DNA from: Marsupella aquatica
Taxonomy: Eukaryota > Plantae > Marchantiophyta
Assembly: GCA_973895155.1 (NCBI GenBank)
Contig: OZ316892.1
Location: 29,022,932-29,086,931 of the forward strand
Reading direction: 5' to 3'
Length of the DNA: 64,000 nucleotides
Shown here: one piece after another, positions 47,601 through 60,727 of the stretch
Numbering within the stretch: the first letter of the stretch is position 1
How the letters are laid out: the number at the start of each line of letters is the position of its first letter
Position numbers and translations under genes: made by a program
Notes under the pieces: generated by a model
Seen by the model: the letters and a program-made list of their open reading frames with translations, nothing else
Told to the model about the DNA's origin: nothing
Databases searched by the model: none

Positions 47601-49656
47601 ATTGCTTGCAGAGGACACAGGCTTTCACTATTCTTGGGAGGGGGAGGGAGGGGGAGAGATTGTTAGTTTCCGGGCCTTTAGTAGGATTCCCTTGTTTAAC
47701 CCTTCAATGCAGTTTACACCTGAGCTCTACCAGGCTCTTTAGTTTACCTCTAGTTGAATTCCCTTGCTTGACCCTTTGATGCAGTGTAAGCCTGAGCTAT
47801 ACCAAGCTCTTCATGGGTAGGGTGTAGGATTTAGGTTTTTGGTTCTGGCTTTTCTTGCCTCAGGGCTTACGCGGTGGTCCTTTTGGTTTTTTGGCCCTTT
47901 GCTTTTTCTCCCTTGATTGGGTTTCTTGCCAGTTGGACACTTTTTGTTTTTTGGCAGTTTGATATATACTACCCCTCCCATTAGAGCCTATCAAAGCACT
48001 CTCTTACTCTTAGGGCCAACTCACATGTGAAGTGTCTTTCAAGAAAAGGCCCTTACATGGAGTAGTGTGAGGATGTGAACGAATGGGACCTTCCTGGCAG
48101 TACACCCTCATGCGCCAGGCCTGACAACATATTTTGTGGGGTCCTGAGGGCAAGGACTGGAAAGTTTCCAGCCCTCACAAGTCCCTACCTTTGCCTTGTG
48201 GAAAAAACAAAAAACAAACTATACACTTGAATGTTACAAATTCTCTCGTGGTTGGGAAGGTCAGACCAAGATTTGTGTCAGATTGTCTGGTCATAGAAGT
48301 GCTACATTTTCCTGAAAGTATATGGAGCACAAAGGGCAGCATGATCACATGGAACCCTCAAAGACAAGGCTAATGCTGCTCATGATTACCTTGGAGACCT
48401 ATTCTACCCACTTGCATTGGGGGTCTTTGCGGTTCTACACCGTATTTTTAATTTTGACCATTGGCTTCCTCCTTTTAATTTTGACCATTGGTTTCCTCCA
48501 GGCAGGCCGGGACATTTGAGAAGAGCATAGGCCATATCCCCCAATGTTTACTGTCACAGCCTTTGTTACACAATGACATTGTCTATTGCACGATAGAGGG
48601 CTCAAGCGTTCACTAATATCCTTCTTGGGGCCAAGGTGTGTATTTAGAGTCTCCAGTCAAAGTCCCTTACTTCCTGATCCTCCTATTACCCCACTCAGAG
48701 TTTTACCAGGCTTTTAGATTTGGCTCAGTACTAAGGCTCTACTGTAGCTTTTTGCTTTTCGTTTCTCCCTTTACGGGCTTTATGGGGTCTCTTGTCGTTT
48801 TTTATCGTGTCTCATACTGGTCTCATTTTGTTTATTTTTTGTCACCCCCTTATTGGGGCTCCTGCCTTTGGGCTCGTGTCTCATCCTGGTCTCCTGACTT
48901 TGGGATTGACATTGGCATCGTGTCTGATGCTTGTTTTTGGCAGGGTCATAATTATATATTATATAGAAATAGAATATAGATAGATATATAAGACGATAAA
49001 TAAGAAGATATATAACTACAGACTGATGGGTGAAGATTCCTACTTCAATGTCACCTCAATTCAGATGAGATTGACTGACAAACGATCAGCAAAGTGGATG
49101 AAATTGGTCGTGTATGCGCGCAGAAGGAACCCCCAATCGTCCAGTGTGCAGCTGCTCATCCGGGAGGATTGCATTTACGAACAATTCGGGCACATTCCCA
49201 AACGGTAATTCTCAAGTTTCTCTTCCAGAACATCAATTGTAGGAGTCGGAATCATGACTTCGAAGGTCCCCAATCGAAAGTTTGTCTAGCTCATTACTGC
49301 AGTTGGCTACGGAATAGATGCTGAGAGTGATTTGCGGAACATCAGTTGATTCAGTCTGAAACTCAAAATGTAATTGCTACAATGATAGTTTGGAATCTAT
49401 GTTCTAGTACGTCAATCGGTTTTCGTCTCCAGGTTCGGAAGAGGTGGTTGTGCTTGGAGAGTACATGAGCCTTACACTCCATGGGTATCTCACATATGCA
49501 TTTTGACAGCGATTACGGTCACGGACTGGAAGCAGGAGGATCGGTGGAGAATGGGGTCTTGTTTCTCGATATTTTTGCTGAGTCCTGTGGTAAGGTAGCT
49601 CATTTGTTGCGATTCCACTATTCCAGACACTGAATTTCTGCTGTACGTAGGTAGTC

Positions 49657-52405
49657 ATGGCTACCACACCAGTGACCGGTCAGGCGCCAATCGTGTCTCA
49701 TCCTGAGCCTGTGGGGAAGATTGACAACGAAGCGGCTGCGGAGAATGTGATGAAACAGTACGAGTTCATGAAGCTAGCCACCGCGGAACCTGGCGATAAG
49801 TCCGTTGTCTGGCCTGAGGAAATGAGACCGGACATCGCGCACGACCAATACGATTTTGAGCTTCCTATCATCGATCTGTCATCAGTACTCAAATTGCAGA
49901 GCCTGCGGAGAGAACTCGACCAATTGAAGGGCGATGCAAATAATCGGAGCGCTTTGGAGGCAGAAATCGAGGCTTGCGAAGCAGCGAAATCGGATGTTGC
50001 GAAAGAGATTCGAGCGGCTTGCCAGGAGTATGGCTTCTTTCAAATAATTAATTCCGGCTTTCCCGTGGAAGTTGTGGAAAACTTCAGGGAATCTTGTCGG
50101 CTAATATTTGACCTTCCTTTTGAGGTAAGATCCACGCTGTGGGTGTCTGTCGCCGTCTACCATGGGAGAATTGTAAGTGGGAATCTCCTATCACCGCTCA
50201 AATTTACTTGAATGCAGTCAACCATGAACGTCATGTCTGGAGTCTCACCCTCAACGTCCAACATCTCTTCAGGGGAGGCGAGTAACATCTAATTGAAGCG
50301 TTTTCTATGGATACATTACTTCTTGAATCATTGACTCAATCATCACACTAGGATGTGGATCAGATACCTCTGACTCAGTCTGTTGTTTATACAAGAAAGG
50401 CCTTAGCAGGCTAGACTGATAGTATTGGTTATTATCGCGGACCCACTGTTAGGTCCGCCAGTTCCTTTTCACTCTGCCTCTCCTGCTGCGGTGGTTAAAT
50501 TTCTAGTTTAGCTTCCTTTCCTTTAGTTGGAGTCTACTTCCCTCTTGGTTTCAGGCTCACCCGGTTTTTGGCTGCATGACCTTTGGTCCTCCCGGGTGCC
50601 GACCCCCTTTAGTGGGGCCACCCCTGTTGTATGTTGGCTTTAATTCAATTTGTTTTTTCGAGGCAAAAAGAAAGGCCTTAGCAGACTGCATATGGGGTTC
50701 AACTGCAATTCGTTATCTTCCCAGTTTGATATGCTTCTGTATTACCTATTTCTCAAATAATGTATACATCAGAGTCATGTCGAATATCTGCCTCTGCGGT
50801 CTAGTAGGGTACCCTGTCGCAGCCACACACATGACCTAGCTCTTTACCGCTTCCCAATGTGCCCAGTCAATGTGAACCTAGACCTCTACGTGATCTCATC
50901 CACCCTTGGATATGAAAGGATATTGATCCTGCTGGATTGAATTTGCAGGAGAAGATGAAAATAGAAGAGAAGATAATCCCAGCGAAGGCAGCAGTACCTG
51001 GTTACACGCAAATCAAGCGTAACAATGCATTTACCCAGATGAACCCATCCCACAGTTGGAGTGAAGGTTTTGATGTGGAGGCGCCGGAGAAGATGTATCC
51101 GGGTAGATTGGAGGAGATTGCAAACATTCTCTATCCTGGTGAGCTTGAAAATAGCACGAAAGGTCAAAACTTAAGGTGAGCTGGTTCAACTCCAAGAAGG
51201 CATCTAAGGCTGCCAAAGTTCCGACCTCCGAGAACGTCCCAAAACTGCCAATTAGAGAATTCCTTGAGAGAGGTTTCTCAAAGTTGTTGCGTGGGACAGT
51301 TGTCCTACGGTCAGATTGATGACAAATTGAGAAATTTATGAAATCTGCATTCTGAGTTGACCAGCAGATATCGTTGACACTTTCTATTTTGATCAGATCT
51401 AGCAGCGAAGAGTATGGAAAGCAATCGAGCAGAGTGATCTTCACACTGCTGGACTTGATAGTCGCCAGTCTTGGAATCCCCGAGGAAGCTGTGAACGATT
51501 TACTGGGTGATAGACGGAAGACGCAGGTCACTGCCAGGATAAGAGTGAACAACTATCCCGTCTGTGAACATCCCGAACTTACATGGGGACTTAGATCCCA
51601 CACCGATCCCGATGTTATCACCCTTCTGCACCAGGATGCCGTGGGGGGGCTGCAGATTCGTTTCAGGGATGGGAGCTGGCATGGAGTGCAACCCAAGCCT
51701 GGTGCTTTTATCATCAACTGTGGCGATTTTCTTCAGGTGCTTCCTTTTTCTGAATCCTTCACCATTTGTTGAGGGTTGGATGTTTCGTACAGGGTTTCCG
51801 CAAGAGAACCAAGTCAAATTTGAGTGAGTCTATTCTTGCAAGACAGCTAAATTGCCTGAGTGCCCTTTGGCTCAGAGGAGCGCCAAAATTCTTATGACAT
51901 AGTGAGGTAGTAGCATAACCTGGGAGTCTGCTGAAACAATAGGATGGAGCCAAGTATTTAACATGCTCCATCGTATTGATCAATTTGCCGTGCTCGAGAG
52001 AGTGTCGATTTCTAACCTTTGGAGTAAATACATATACTCAGTGTGAGTAAAGGTAGGCTTGGAATGTTGCCTCCTCTTGAGTTTCCTTGTGAGTTGCATT
52101 TGTATGGGCAGGGAGGTCTGCTTAGTTTCAGTCCTTGGGTTGTGCAGGCTTGGACGAATGGGAGATTCCTAAGTGCAGAGCACAGGGTGGTGGCTAATGA
52201 TAAAAGCAGGCGCATATCAATCGCATATTTTGCATTGAGCGACCTTTTCTTCGTTCTCAGTCCAAGACCAGAGTGTGTGGATGCAGAGCACCCTCTTCGA
52301 TACAAGCCATTTACAACACTAGACTACATCAAAGCACTCATGTCTCTTGGCATAGCTAGGGAAAGAGGGGAGCTCCTGGAGAAAGCCTTTGGTATACATA
52401 CTTGA
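49657..52405 (+). CDS. 2-oxoglutarate/Fe(II)-dependent dioxygenase (plant DOXC class), 4 exons
   Basis: Exons 49657-50124, 50949-51175, 51397-51736 and 52148-52405. LPIIDLS, ACQEYGFFQIINSG, NNYPVC, HTD (HxD), HRVV and RISIAYF (RxS). Confidence 0.93.
50410..50667 (+). mobile_element. 5'-truncated retroposon (LINE 3' end or SINE) in dioxygenase intron 1
   Basis: Flanked by the 17-bp direct repeat AAGAAAGGCCTTAGCAG (50393-50409 and 50668-50684), with a short A-run at the 3' junction. Confidence 0.8.
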
Positions 52406-53025
52406 AGTTCCAGACCACCAGGGCAACTTTGTTCCCACTGAACGGATCGCTGGAGCGCTAGATTCAGTAATATTCGAGATTTACATTCCGCAGTGTCAAT
52501 TATGAATCAAGGACAGAAAGATATGGTATGCGATATTTTCATATTTGCGCAGCGTACTGTGTAACAGCGAATTCAAATACTGATATTATTGGCATGGAGG
52601 GTTTTGAACACGATTGTGCATTTTCTGGATTCTGTTATTCAGTTTCTTTTGAGTTCGATTGCTTTTGAATTTTTTGAGTCCAGTTTGCATTCCAGAGCCT
52701 GCAAGGTTTTACCCAATGATGACACACTGCTGAGCTAACGAGCTCGCAAAAATCCTTCCTCGTAATGCTATCTGATAAAATGTTGCATTTCACTTGTTGT
52801 ATGCCTGCAAATTTTGACCGAGAGATGATACACAGTTTACTAAGCCACGAAGCTTGCAGTCATGGCCTAACAAGTCGTCAAATGAGACCACCTTCCATGA
52901 ATTTCCAACAACGGTATTGAATTCCTTTGCATAATTGATTGCATCATGACATGTCCTGTTGTGGCTTCCGCCAATTAAGCAGCTAACAAGGCCTAACAAA
53001 TGATTAATTCGCTTTGCAATTCTAG

Positions 53026-54539
53026 TTAGGTTGTAGAAGGATGTTCAATGAATAATTGAACACTCAAGGGGTCACTGGACATGGATTTGATTGGTGTAAT
53101 CCGGCCTGGTTGTTCCCAAGACTGTAAGTCTGCTGAGATCCAAAAATGTCCCTGGCCTTTAGCATCTCCCGGCAACTTCTTCGAGTAAACAACTATTTCA
53201 AATGAGCAATCTGTAAATTCACAAACGAAAAGATGGTTCTTAGGAAGGCCTATAGCTTCAGCCGTCGTTTACCACCACACAAAAACTAAATATAGGCTAA
53301 ACAGAGAAAGAACGAGTCCGGTACAGCAATGAAAGGAAAGGACACAATTCAGGAGAAACTTGACTTGACTTGGAAGTCCACATAAATGCCAAGGAGACAG
53401 CGACATGAGCTAAAGGTTTACTCCATAGAGTATCAGTCAAGTTAAATCCTTTGAAAAAAAATGAAAATGGGCTGAGGGCCAACCATCAAACTTGAAGAGT
53501 ACGAGTCAATGATACCGGTCACTCAATGTTGTCAATAAATGATCAGATATGATCAACAAGTGGACGGAAAGGGGTATGATTGACCTGGAGGGAGAGGCCG
53601 CATCAGTGATTCTGATGAAGAGAGCTTTATGAGAAAACCACGTAGGGCATACTCCATATCATTGATCGGTGTAGCTCCAAATGCTTGATTCAGGTTCAGC
53701 TTGAACACGAATTTCTCCACTATCATTTGCTTGCTATCCAAAAATGTGACTGCAAATTTTTCAACATGGCCCTGGTTGATTCAAAGACGTCAAGGAACAC
53801 ACAATAAGCACAGCTCTTGGGCAATGACGTCTACAAGGACGTACAACCTCGAGATGGCTTTAGGTGAGGTAGTATCCTTGTTAGGATTTGGAATGAACTA
53901 CGAAGTCTCTCCACAAAGCAAGTTGCGGTAAAAATATAAACAACCGTTCATTGTGTTAGGTTCCAGAAGTTGAGGTTCCCAATAATGAGGTTCAGAGTTC
54001 TTACTTGTCGAATCAGAGGGTGCAAATTCGTGACAGCAGAATGGATATACTCTCGTAACTCTTGATGGCGGATCCATTGAACGGGAACATTAAAGTGACG
54101 ACGCCGCTCGAAAATTTCTGCAACCAAACATCTGGAATTCAAACAGCTACCACGGAGGGAATCTTCGAACATTTCCTGTACAAGCGGCACATGTTTCCAG
54201 AAGCCACAGAGAAAAAGGGATGAGGATTTAGGACAGACCTGCAGGGTATATGTTGCGAATTTGCAGCACTTGATGAATTGCGACCTCCAAAAACTCGCAC
54301 AAAAAATCAGTCACCTCTCCTGCAGAAGAAATCCTGGCGCAATTTAGAGACTGGGACATAAGCTGATGCCAATGCCCAGAGATCAGTGTGAGAACTAGCA
54401 AACAGAGATAAAAGATCTAATCAGAGAGGTACGAAAACGTATGTGAGTGGCTGCAATAGTCCTCAATTGTGGTCGAGACCCTGAACACTACAGAGAAACA
54501 TGTGGAATTATGGGTTTTACCTGAAGCAATCATAGCCAT
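53026..54539 (-). CDS. REV7: DNA polymerase zeta accessory subunit REV7 / MAD2L2 (HORMA domain)
   Basis: Spliced product: MAMIASG-EVTDFLCEFLEVAIHQVLQIRNIYPA-EIFERRRHFNVPVQWIRHQELREYIHSAV...-GHVEKFAVTF...VEKFVFKL...EYALRGFLIKL...-DCSFEIVVYS...ITPIKSMSSDPLSVQLFIEHPSTT*. An alternative ATG at 54359 is possible. Confidence 0.92.
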
Positions 54540-54732
54540 GGTGGGGACCTTGACATCTAAAGCGGACCGTCAGTAGCATCGCCCCTGGATTTCGTCCCTT
54601 TCGTCGAGGAGGGTTTGGCTCCAAACTCCATGGAGGCAGGATTTTCGATCAGTCCAGGCAGAGCTTCTCATAGCATCTCAGAAAAGGAAATGGCATTCTG
54701 ACGAGATCATGCTACTGCCCTGCCGGTAATCA

Positions 54733-54838
54733 CACATTTTGATATGGTAATATAATTACGCATTTTGATGTGGTAATATAATTCTCACACATTTTGATAT
54801 GGTAATATAATTACGCATTTTGATGTGGTAATATAATT
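54733..54838. repeat. Four copies of a ~26-bp tandem unit upstream of REV7
   Basis: CATTTTGATRTGGTAATATAATT x4. Confidence 0.85.
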
Positions 54839-55436
54839 CAGAACGAAATTCAAACTCTAGGCTCATTAAAAAGCCTCGTACTCTCCTCAAGCTCGAGGCT
54901 CATTAAGAGCCTCCATACTCAGATGCCCGCATACAAATTAAGCACGAGACTCAATCTCGATGCACATTGATGGCCCCTAATCGTACACTAATGTCATTAG
55001 CAGGTTTCGGGCAGTTTAGGGTGCCACGAAGCCTGCCCCAACAGGGACACCCTTGAAATCGCCCTTGCACCTCCGCTCACGCCAGGCCCTGCGCCCACGC
55101 CTCATGGCCCCCGACCCTGAACCCAAAGGCCCTGCACCCGCGCCTCATGGCCCCCGACCCTGAACCTAAAGGCCCTGCTTCCCGTCGTGCCTCCCTCCCG
55201 TCACGACGCAACACCCCGTCGCCACGCAGGACCCCGTCGCCACACAACACAAAAATACGCCCTTCCCTACGCTTTCAAACATCGGCGACTACGACCCCCT
55301 AGTTGCAGTCTCGGTTTAGGGTCGAGAACAAGGCGGACATTGGATCGCATATCCTCTACGCAGATTGTTCGCAGCAAGGGCGGTGACAGATTGGAAACCC
55401 AGGCAAACCCAGGCAAGTCACTCATCTGCGAGTGAA

Positions 55437-55961
55437 ATGACTACTTTGACTGATGTTCATCGTGCTGTTCAGGACAGACATACGGTGCTCGTGGGTCCAA
55501 TGCAGGTCCGAATTCTTAATTTTGCAACTCCAAACCCGTTTCCCAGGAAGTTTACTTACCGTGGATGCACTCAGAGAACCGTCGGAGGAATGTGTAAGGT
55601 TTCCATTGAAGGACCGGATCATAAGCATTGCCTGCACGATTCTCGGGAGAATGGAAATTATGTGCACATGTTCCGTTTTCAGCTCATTGTCTCAGACGAC
55701 ACTTTACAAATGAACTGTCGCACACCTGCATTACGTGCTTCTATTTGGGATGCAGCGACTAATCTATTGCAGACGTTTGCACCCGAATTGGCTGCTATGG
55801 ATGCCGCTGACCAATTGTTGTTGGTGCACGAATGTATTAAGGACTTGCCGGTTGTCAATGTTACAATCAGGGTGCAACAGGGTTTTGCTCATCTGCAGGA
55901 GCTGAAATCATTTCCGCCCAGAGCATTATGGCACACAGCCGTATTTGGCAGCCATCGTTGA
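55437..55961 (+). CDS. RPA70 C-terminal-like OB-fold protein, intronless and probably TE-borne; may continue by frameshift into 55945-56277
   Basis: FTYRGC...C...C...FRFQLIVSDDT...ASIWDAATNLLQ.FAPEL resembles the Rep_fac-A_C pattern (YxAC..C..C..RY.L...VSD.TG...A..LLG..A.EL). Confidence 0.6.
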   Translation: MTTLTDVHRAVQDRHTVLVGPMQVRILNFATPNPFPRKFTYRGCTQRTVGGMCKVSIEGPDHKHCLHDSRENGNYVHMFRFQLIVSDDTLQMNCRTPALRASIWDAATNLLQTFAPELAAMDAADQLLLVHECIKDLPVVNVTIRVQQGFAHLQELKSFPPRALWHTAVFGSHR

Positions 55962-57054
55962 CGCCCAGGCGCGGTGTGCAACGGAGCACTCCGGGGTCAC
56001 GTCGCCTGCAATCATCCCAGCTAGTCCTCTTGAAATTACTCCACCGAGGGTGGTTGTTCCCACAACATCGTCTCTTGCGCAAGCTACAAGCTCCAAGGAA
56101 GGCACACAGTACAAGACAGGCTCATCACCATTGCTAGAGACATCCAAAGGCGCCAGTGGAGTAGATGATGAATCTCGCAGCGAGGCTGTTGATGACAATG
56201 GGAATATGACGTCTGTCGTTAAGCGACTAGCAAATGCCTTCAGTGCATCACTAGATTTTTACTCGTCTCGCCGCTGAAAATAGTAGATTATCCATAGACA
56301 TCATAGTGTTCTGCTACAGTGGTTGTTCTCTGGCGATATTTTGGCCTTAAACCTTTCGCCTCGTTTTGCCCACAATGTAATGGAGCCCGCTCTTCATGCG
56401 AGCAGTACATGAATACTGAAATTGGTTCATGTTTCCCTGGATCCGAAATTGGTTCATGTTTCCCTGGATTTGTACAACGCTTACTCTATTGCAAACAAAT
56501 ACATGTGTGACACGGGTAACGTGTCACTTAACCAAACCCAGGTCGTAGATTAGGTCTTCTACGGACGTTAGGACCGTAGCCGTAGCGTAGATTAGCACGT
56601 ATAACCATCTATTGCCATTATGAATAGATTAGGAGTAGGTTAAGATGACCGAATAATTACGAGTTCGGGAAGAGGATTATTACGCGCGACCGAGGTACGG
56701 TGGCGGCAGCGGAGTAAAAATCAGTTAGAAGTCACGCTTGGACCGAGGCGCCGACTTCAGCTCATTCAATGACCAAAACGGCCTGGCCTTCTCACGCTCG
56801 GGCCCATCCTGGCACCTCCATAAGAGAGGAGCCGATGGCGCTGCGGGCCATTTGCTCATTTCCACCTTTTTGGAATTCGCGGACGTTGCCATCCACTTGC
56901 CTTTCTGATCGAATCAAGTCGACCTTTACCAGGAGATTGTCGAGGGATAAGAGCGGAATGTGGCAAGATTTAGTCAGGACGAGCGAGACCTCCACAAGCA
57001 AAAGGACCAGCCAAGTGGGAACGTGGACTCAACGGACCGGACTACGAGGTTAGT

Positions 57055-57771
57055 ATGACCCTTACAGCCTTGGGATTTTGGACCTTGTTTGGCGAGGTAG
57101 GTGCTAAGTTCTCCGAGACTTACTGGTACTCTTGTCCCGAGAAAGCCGCTTACGAACGAAGATACGCGAAGCTGGTGACCAAGGTAGCACTGGTTAATTG
57201 CAAAAGGACAGCCATCACCAGGGATTCCAGCTACAACGAGCTGCGAGACTACATCACCAAACTATATCTCAGCGAGGAAGGGCTTAGATCGGTAGCAGAG
57301 GCGATTCTTGAAGTCCCAGCGAAATTCTTTAAGCTGAAGGGCAGCCAGCGGCTTACTCAAGTGGAGTTCGACAAGATTCCGGGGTACCTAGACCAGCAGA
57401 TCGTAGCCAAAAAACGCCAAGAAGACATCAGCAGACAATGGGAAGTGGCGCGTAATCTTACGTTCCTCGGGGAAAGCTCCAACGCCTTCAACTGGGATAT
57501 GGCTACCCTGACACCACCAGTGCCTCAGCCGATGACCACCGGCGTACTGCCGAATCGGTCCCAAGTTCGTCCAGTGATCAACACAAAGTGTTCTTCGGGT
57601 TCCGAGCAAGTTAGTCCGCAACTCGAACAACTTTCTCGTAAGCGGTCAAGGACGATGACGGCCCCCGAATCAACAACGCGAACCAACGCCGCGCCTGCAC
57701 CTGCCCCGGAAAACCCCCCGGCCAACCAGAACCGACGGCCCCCGGATAACCCGAAGTCCAACTTATTATAG
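57055..57771 (+). CDS. Hypothetical protein within the LTR-like element
   Basis: 238-aa ATG-started ORF with a Pro-rich tail. No family recognised. Confidence 0.45.
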   Translation: MTLTALGFWTLFGEVGAKFSETYWYSCPEKAAYERRYAKLVTKVALVNCKRTAITRDSSYNELRDYITKLYLSEEGLRSVAEAILEVPAKFFKLKGSQRLTQVEFDKIPGYLDQQIVAKKRQEDISRQWEVARNLTFLGESSNAFNWDMATLTPPVPQPMTTGVLPNRSQVRPVINTKCSSGSEQVSPQLEQLSRKRSRTMTAPESTTRTNAAPAPAPENPPANQNRRPPDNPKSNLL

Positions 57772-57846
57772 GTAATCCGCATCCCCGAAGTACTTTGGAT
57801 CGCGATCAAGAAACTCGAACACGCAGATTACCAGAAGGAGCATCAG

Positions 57847-59370
57847 TTGGAGCAGTTCGCTCACTTGCTATGGAGGCCGTGCGCCGCCGGGCCGAAGGAG
57901 ATTTGTGAGTTCATCTCCAATTTCGACACTGACGCATCGACCACCAAGGTTTCGGGGCAGGCCTTATCACTCACGGAGCATTGGTTGATGCAAATCTTCT
58001 GTCTGCCAACCGGGTCGGTGCCGGTTGAACTCCGAATTTGGGATAAGGAGTATACGCCGCGGCACTTCAAACCCAAGGGTAAGACGGACAACGGATACAA
58101 GCAGGGGTCGTGCACCAACTTAATCTGCATGGAGCGTCTTAACTTCATACGGACTACCCTACACATGATTGAGCCATGATCTGAGATTTCCCTCTGCACG
58201 ATCGTGCAGGTGGAACAGTACAAACGGCGGAACTGGGCCCAATTCTTCTACCAAAGATTCTCGGGGGAGCTGAAGCGGGCTCAGGGTGGTATGGCTATTG
58301 GGGGGAAGACTTACTTGGGAAGCCATATCGCCATTATCCTCGCCTGGTACAAGGCATGGCGAGAGGCCAGAGGAAAGAATATGGCCACCTCAGCCCCGAC
58401 TAATATCACCCCCGCACCAGAGGAGGCAACCCTGAGCACGCGGACTACCATCCCTCGGGCAAACCCCGAGCCGGAAGCCCCGACTGATACTCCGCCACCT
58501 CCTCCTGTGGAAATTCCGCCGCCCCCTTCTGTCGAGCCTCCACTACCCGTAGTACAACCACCCCCAATCCCTCCACCACCTGAAGAAACCTTCCCCTCCC
58601 CAGCACAGACTACAGAGGAGCTCGTTGCCCCACCGAAGGAACCACCGATACCCGAGAGGATGGAGGACTACCAAGTAGCCCCGGGGACCATGGCCTACGA
58701 CCTGGTCCAGAAGTTTAGCCAGACTATGTCTGGGGAGCTGGCGACGTACATCGGACAACAAGTCTCGGCGTACTTTCAACCAGCCTTCTTCATGTTAGAG
58801 CACCAACCACGGATCGTAAGCCGCTTGGAAGAAGAACTCATGGCGAAGGGGAATGAGATCGGGTGCCTCCAGATGCTGGTAGAGCACCTCGAGGAGGAGG
58901 CCACTACCCGCCGCGAGGAGTTAATCCGCACCGTTGAACAGAGGGACGGACTAACCCAGGAGTTAAGTGGAGCGCAAGCAGATCTCAAGAAGCTGGACGA
59001 CACCGTGCTTCAATTACGCTCAGAATCTTCGGCTCGGGTTACCAGCCTGACCGACCTCAACAAACAATTCCTGCAGGCAGCGCAGCAGGCGGCTAGTCTC
59101 TCCGCCGAGCGGGATAAATTGTTGGCGCAGGACCAGATCCACCGCGACTCCATTAAACAGCTCAACCTGGAGGTAGCGCGGCTCCAGGCTGAGGCCGATG
59201 AAGCTGCAAACGAGGCGGAGGAGGCGGTACGGGACAACAAGGCCTTGCAGGACCGTGTTACCCTGCTCGTCCTCCAGCGGGGAAAACCTGGGCCCACCTC
59301 TGATCAAGGCGGCTCGAGGTCTCGCCCTGACAAGGGGACCAGCCCTGGTCCAACCACAGCACCCACGTAA
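57847..59370 (+). pseudogene. Retroelement accessory protein (globular N-domain, Pro-rich linker, coiled coil), split by one TGA at 58177-58179
   Basis: ORFs 57847-58179 and 58204-59370 are in the same frame. EFISNF...KVSGQ.LSLT...IFCLP and NWAQFFYQRF..EL resemble accessory ORFs of plant gypsy elements. Long heptad region near the C-terminus. Confidence 0.6.
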
Positions 59371-60727
59371 GGGGTGGTTAGTGAAGGGTGGAAGCAGGCG
59401 CCACGCGAGGCAGTTAAGACAGCGGCATCTTTCGGTTAGGTGCAACGACAGAACGGTTGTCATTAGGCGCCGATTAGCGGCAGTAGGAAGAATTAGGGCC
59501 GGATCAGTTAGGATCAGCCAACGTAGGATGGAGTCCATCAACGGACTCGATTTTTGTCAGTAGGTTTGGCCGCTGCCATCCCGGTCGGCACCCTTGTCGT
59601 CGACGGTCAACCGGTCAGTGCGGCACGGCCAGTAGTCAGAAGGTAGTTAGGCAGTAGGTAGTATCCCGGAAGGTAGTATCCTCCGGTTCTCTTCTGCAAA
59701 CTGTAGTATTTAGGCTTCCCCTTCCGCTATGGAAGGGGAGAAGGCTTAGTTATATCGGCAGAAGCTAGGTGAGGCACGGGGAGTCCCGGCCTGAGCAAGG
59801 TCAGAGTGCACTAAGGAGTGAGAGCCAGAGTCGAGCTTGTTGGGCAAGTGTGAGATGGGGCCTCGTAGAGACTGGGCATCGACTGCCGTTGGGCCTGCTG
59901 ACCCCCTTTGAAGTCGAGTCAACCATGTAAACTGATGCTTCGCTGAGTAAATGTAGTCGTTTCCCTCCAATGTTTCCGCAAGTAACTGGTGTTGTGAGTA
60001 TGCTTTGTCTAGGCAAAGGCACCATTTTAAGGGACGTACCGGGTGCGGACTAATGGTAGGGATTGCCACCCATTGTATGTCACAAGGTTCTTTCGTGTCG
60101 ATGGCTTGAAAAGCCCCAAGCCGGGAGTTAGTCCGAGGCACTAACTGAGGGAGGATTCTAGCGGTGGAAGATAAAAGATACCTATGACTAGTACGAATAG
60201 CTTAAGCGCTATACCAGTAAGTATATCGGCTTAGCCCGACTTAGGGCTAATCGGGGCCACTACACACCTCCTTGCCCAAACCCTCACCCCTACTGGTGGT
60301 CGAGGTCGCACCATGGCACTAAACTGGATTTAAGGCCCAGGTTAGGGATGCGACAACATGTGTGACTGTCTTTGGTTTAGGCTTACGTACTGTAGATAAA
60401 ATAGTTTCGCAAATATGTTTCACCCGTCGTGGGAACTGACTCATTTTGGTTTGCGGTTGACTAGCAGGATAAGGCGTTGTTTTACTGAAATATCCCGTCC
60501 AATGATGGGTACCACTAAGAAGAACAAGCAGGTACTAAGCACAGCTTACGCTAATGCCACATTTCACATTCCTCGTGTGCTACGAAACTTTGTGTAGAGC
60601 ATTACATTAGGGTAATGTCAGTGCTGGTTTTGCGGAGTACAGTTACCATGCCATTGTACATGCACATTACAAGGGAGTCATATACTCCACAGGCGCACAT
60701 TAGGGTAATGCAATATTATCTTACTTA

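Larger units (their letters stand above)
56506..60355 (+). mobile_element. 3.85-kb TG...CA element (solo-LTR-like) with 5-bp TSD, carrying ORFs
   Basis: Starts TGTGACACGG and ends GGGATGCGACA. ACATG is duplicated at 56501-56505 and 56356+4000 (60356-60360). GC-rich; no gag/pol and no internal LTR pair seen. Confidence 0.75.

Noticed and set aside
45483-49324. Short intergenic ORFs and ~60-bp local duplications (~47480-47610 and ~47680-47810)
   Set aside because: No domain signal; consistent with random ORFs and retroposon remnants.
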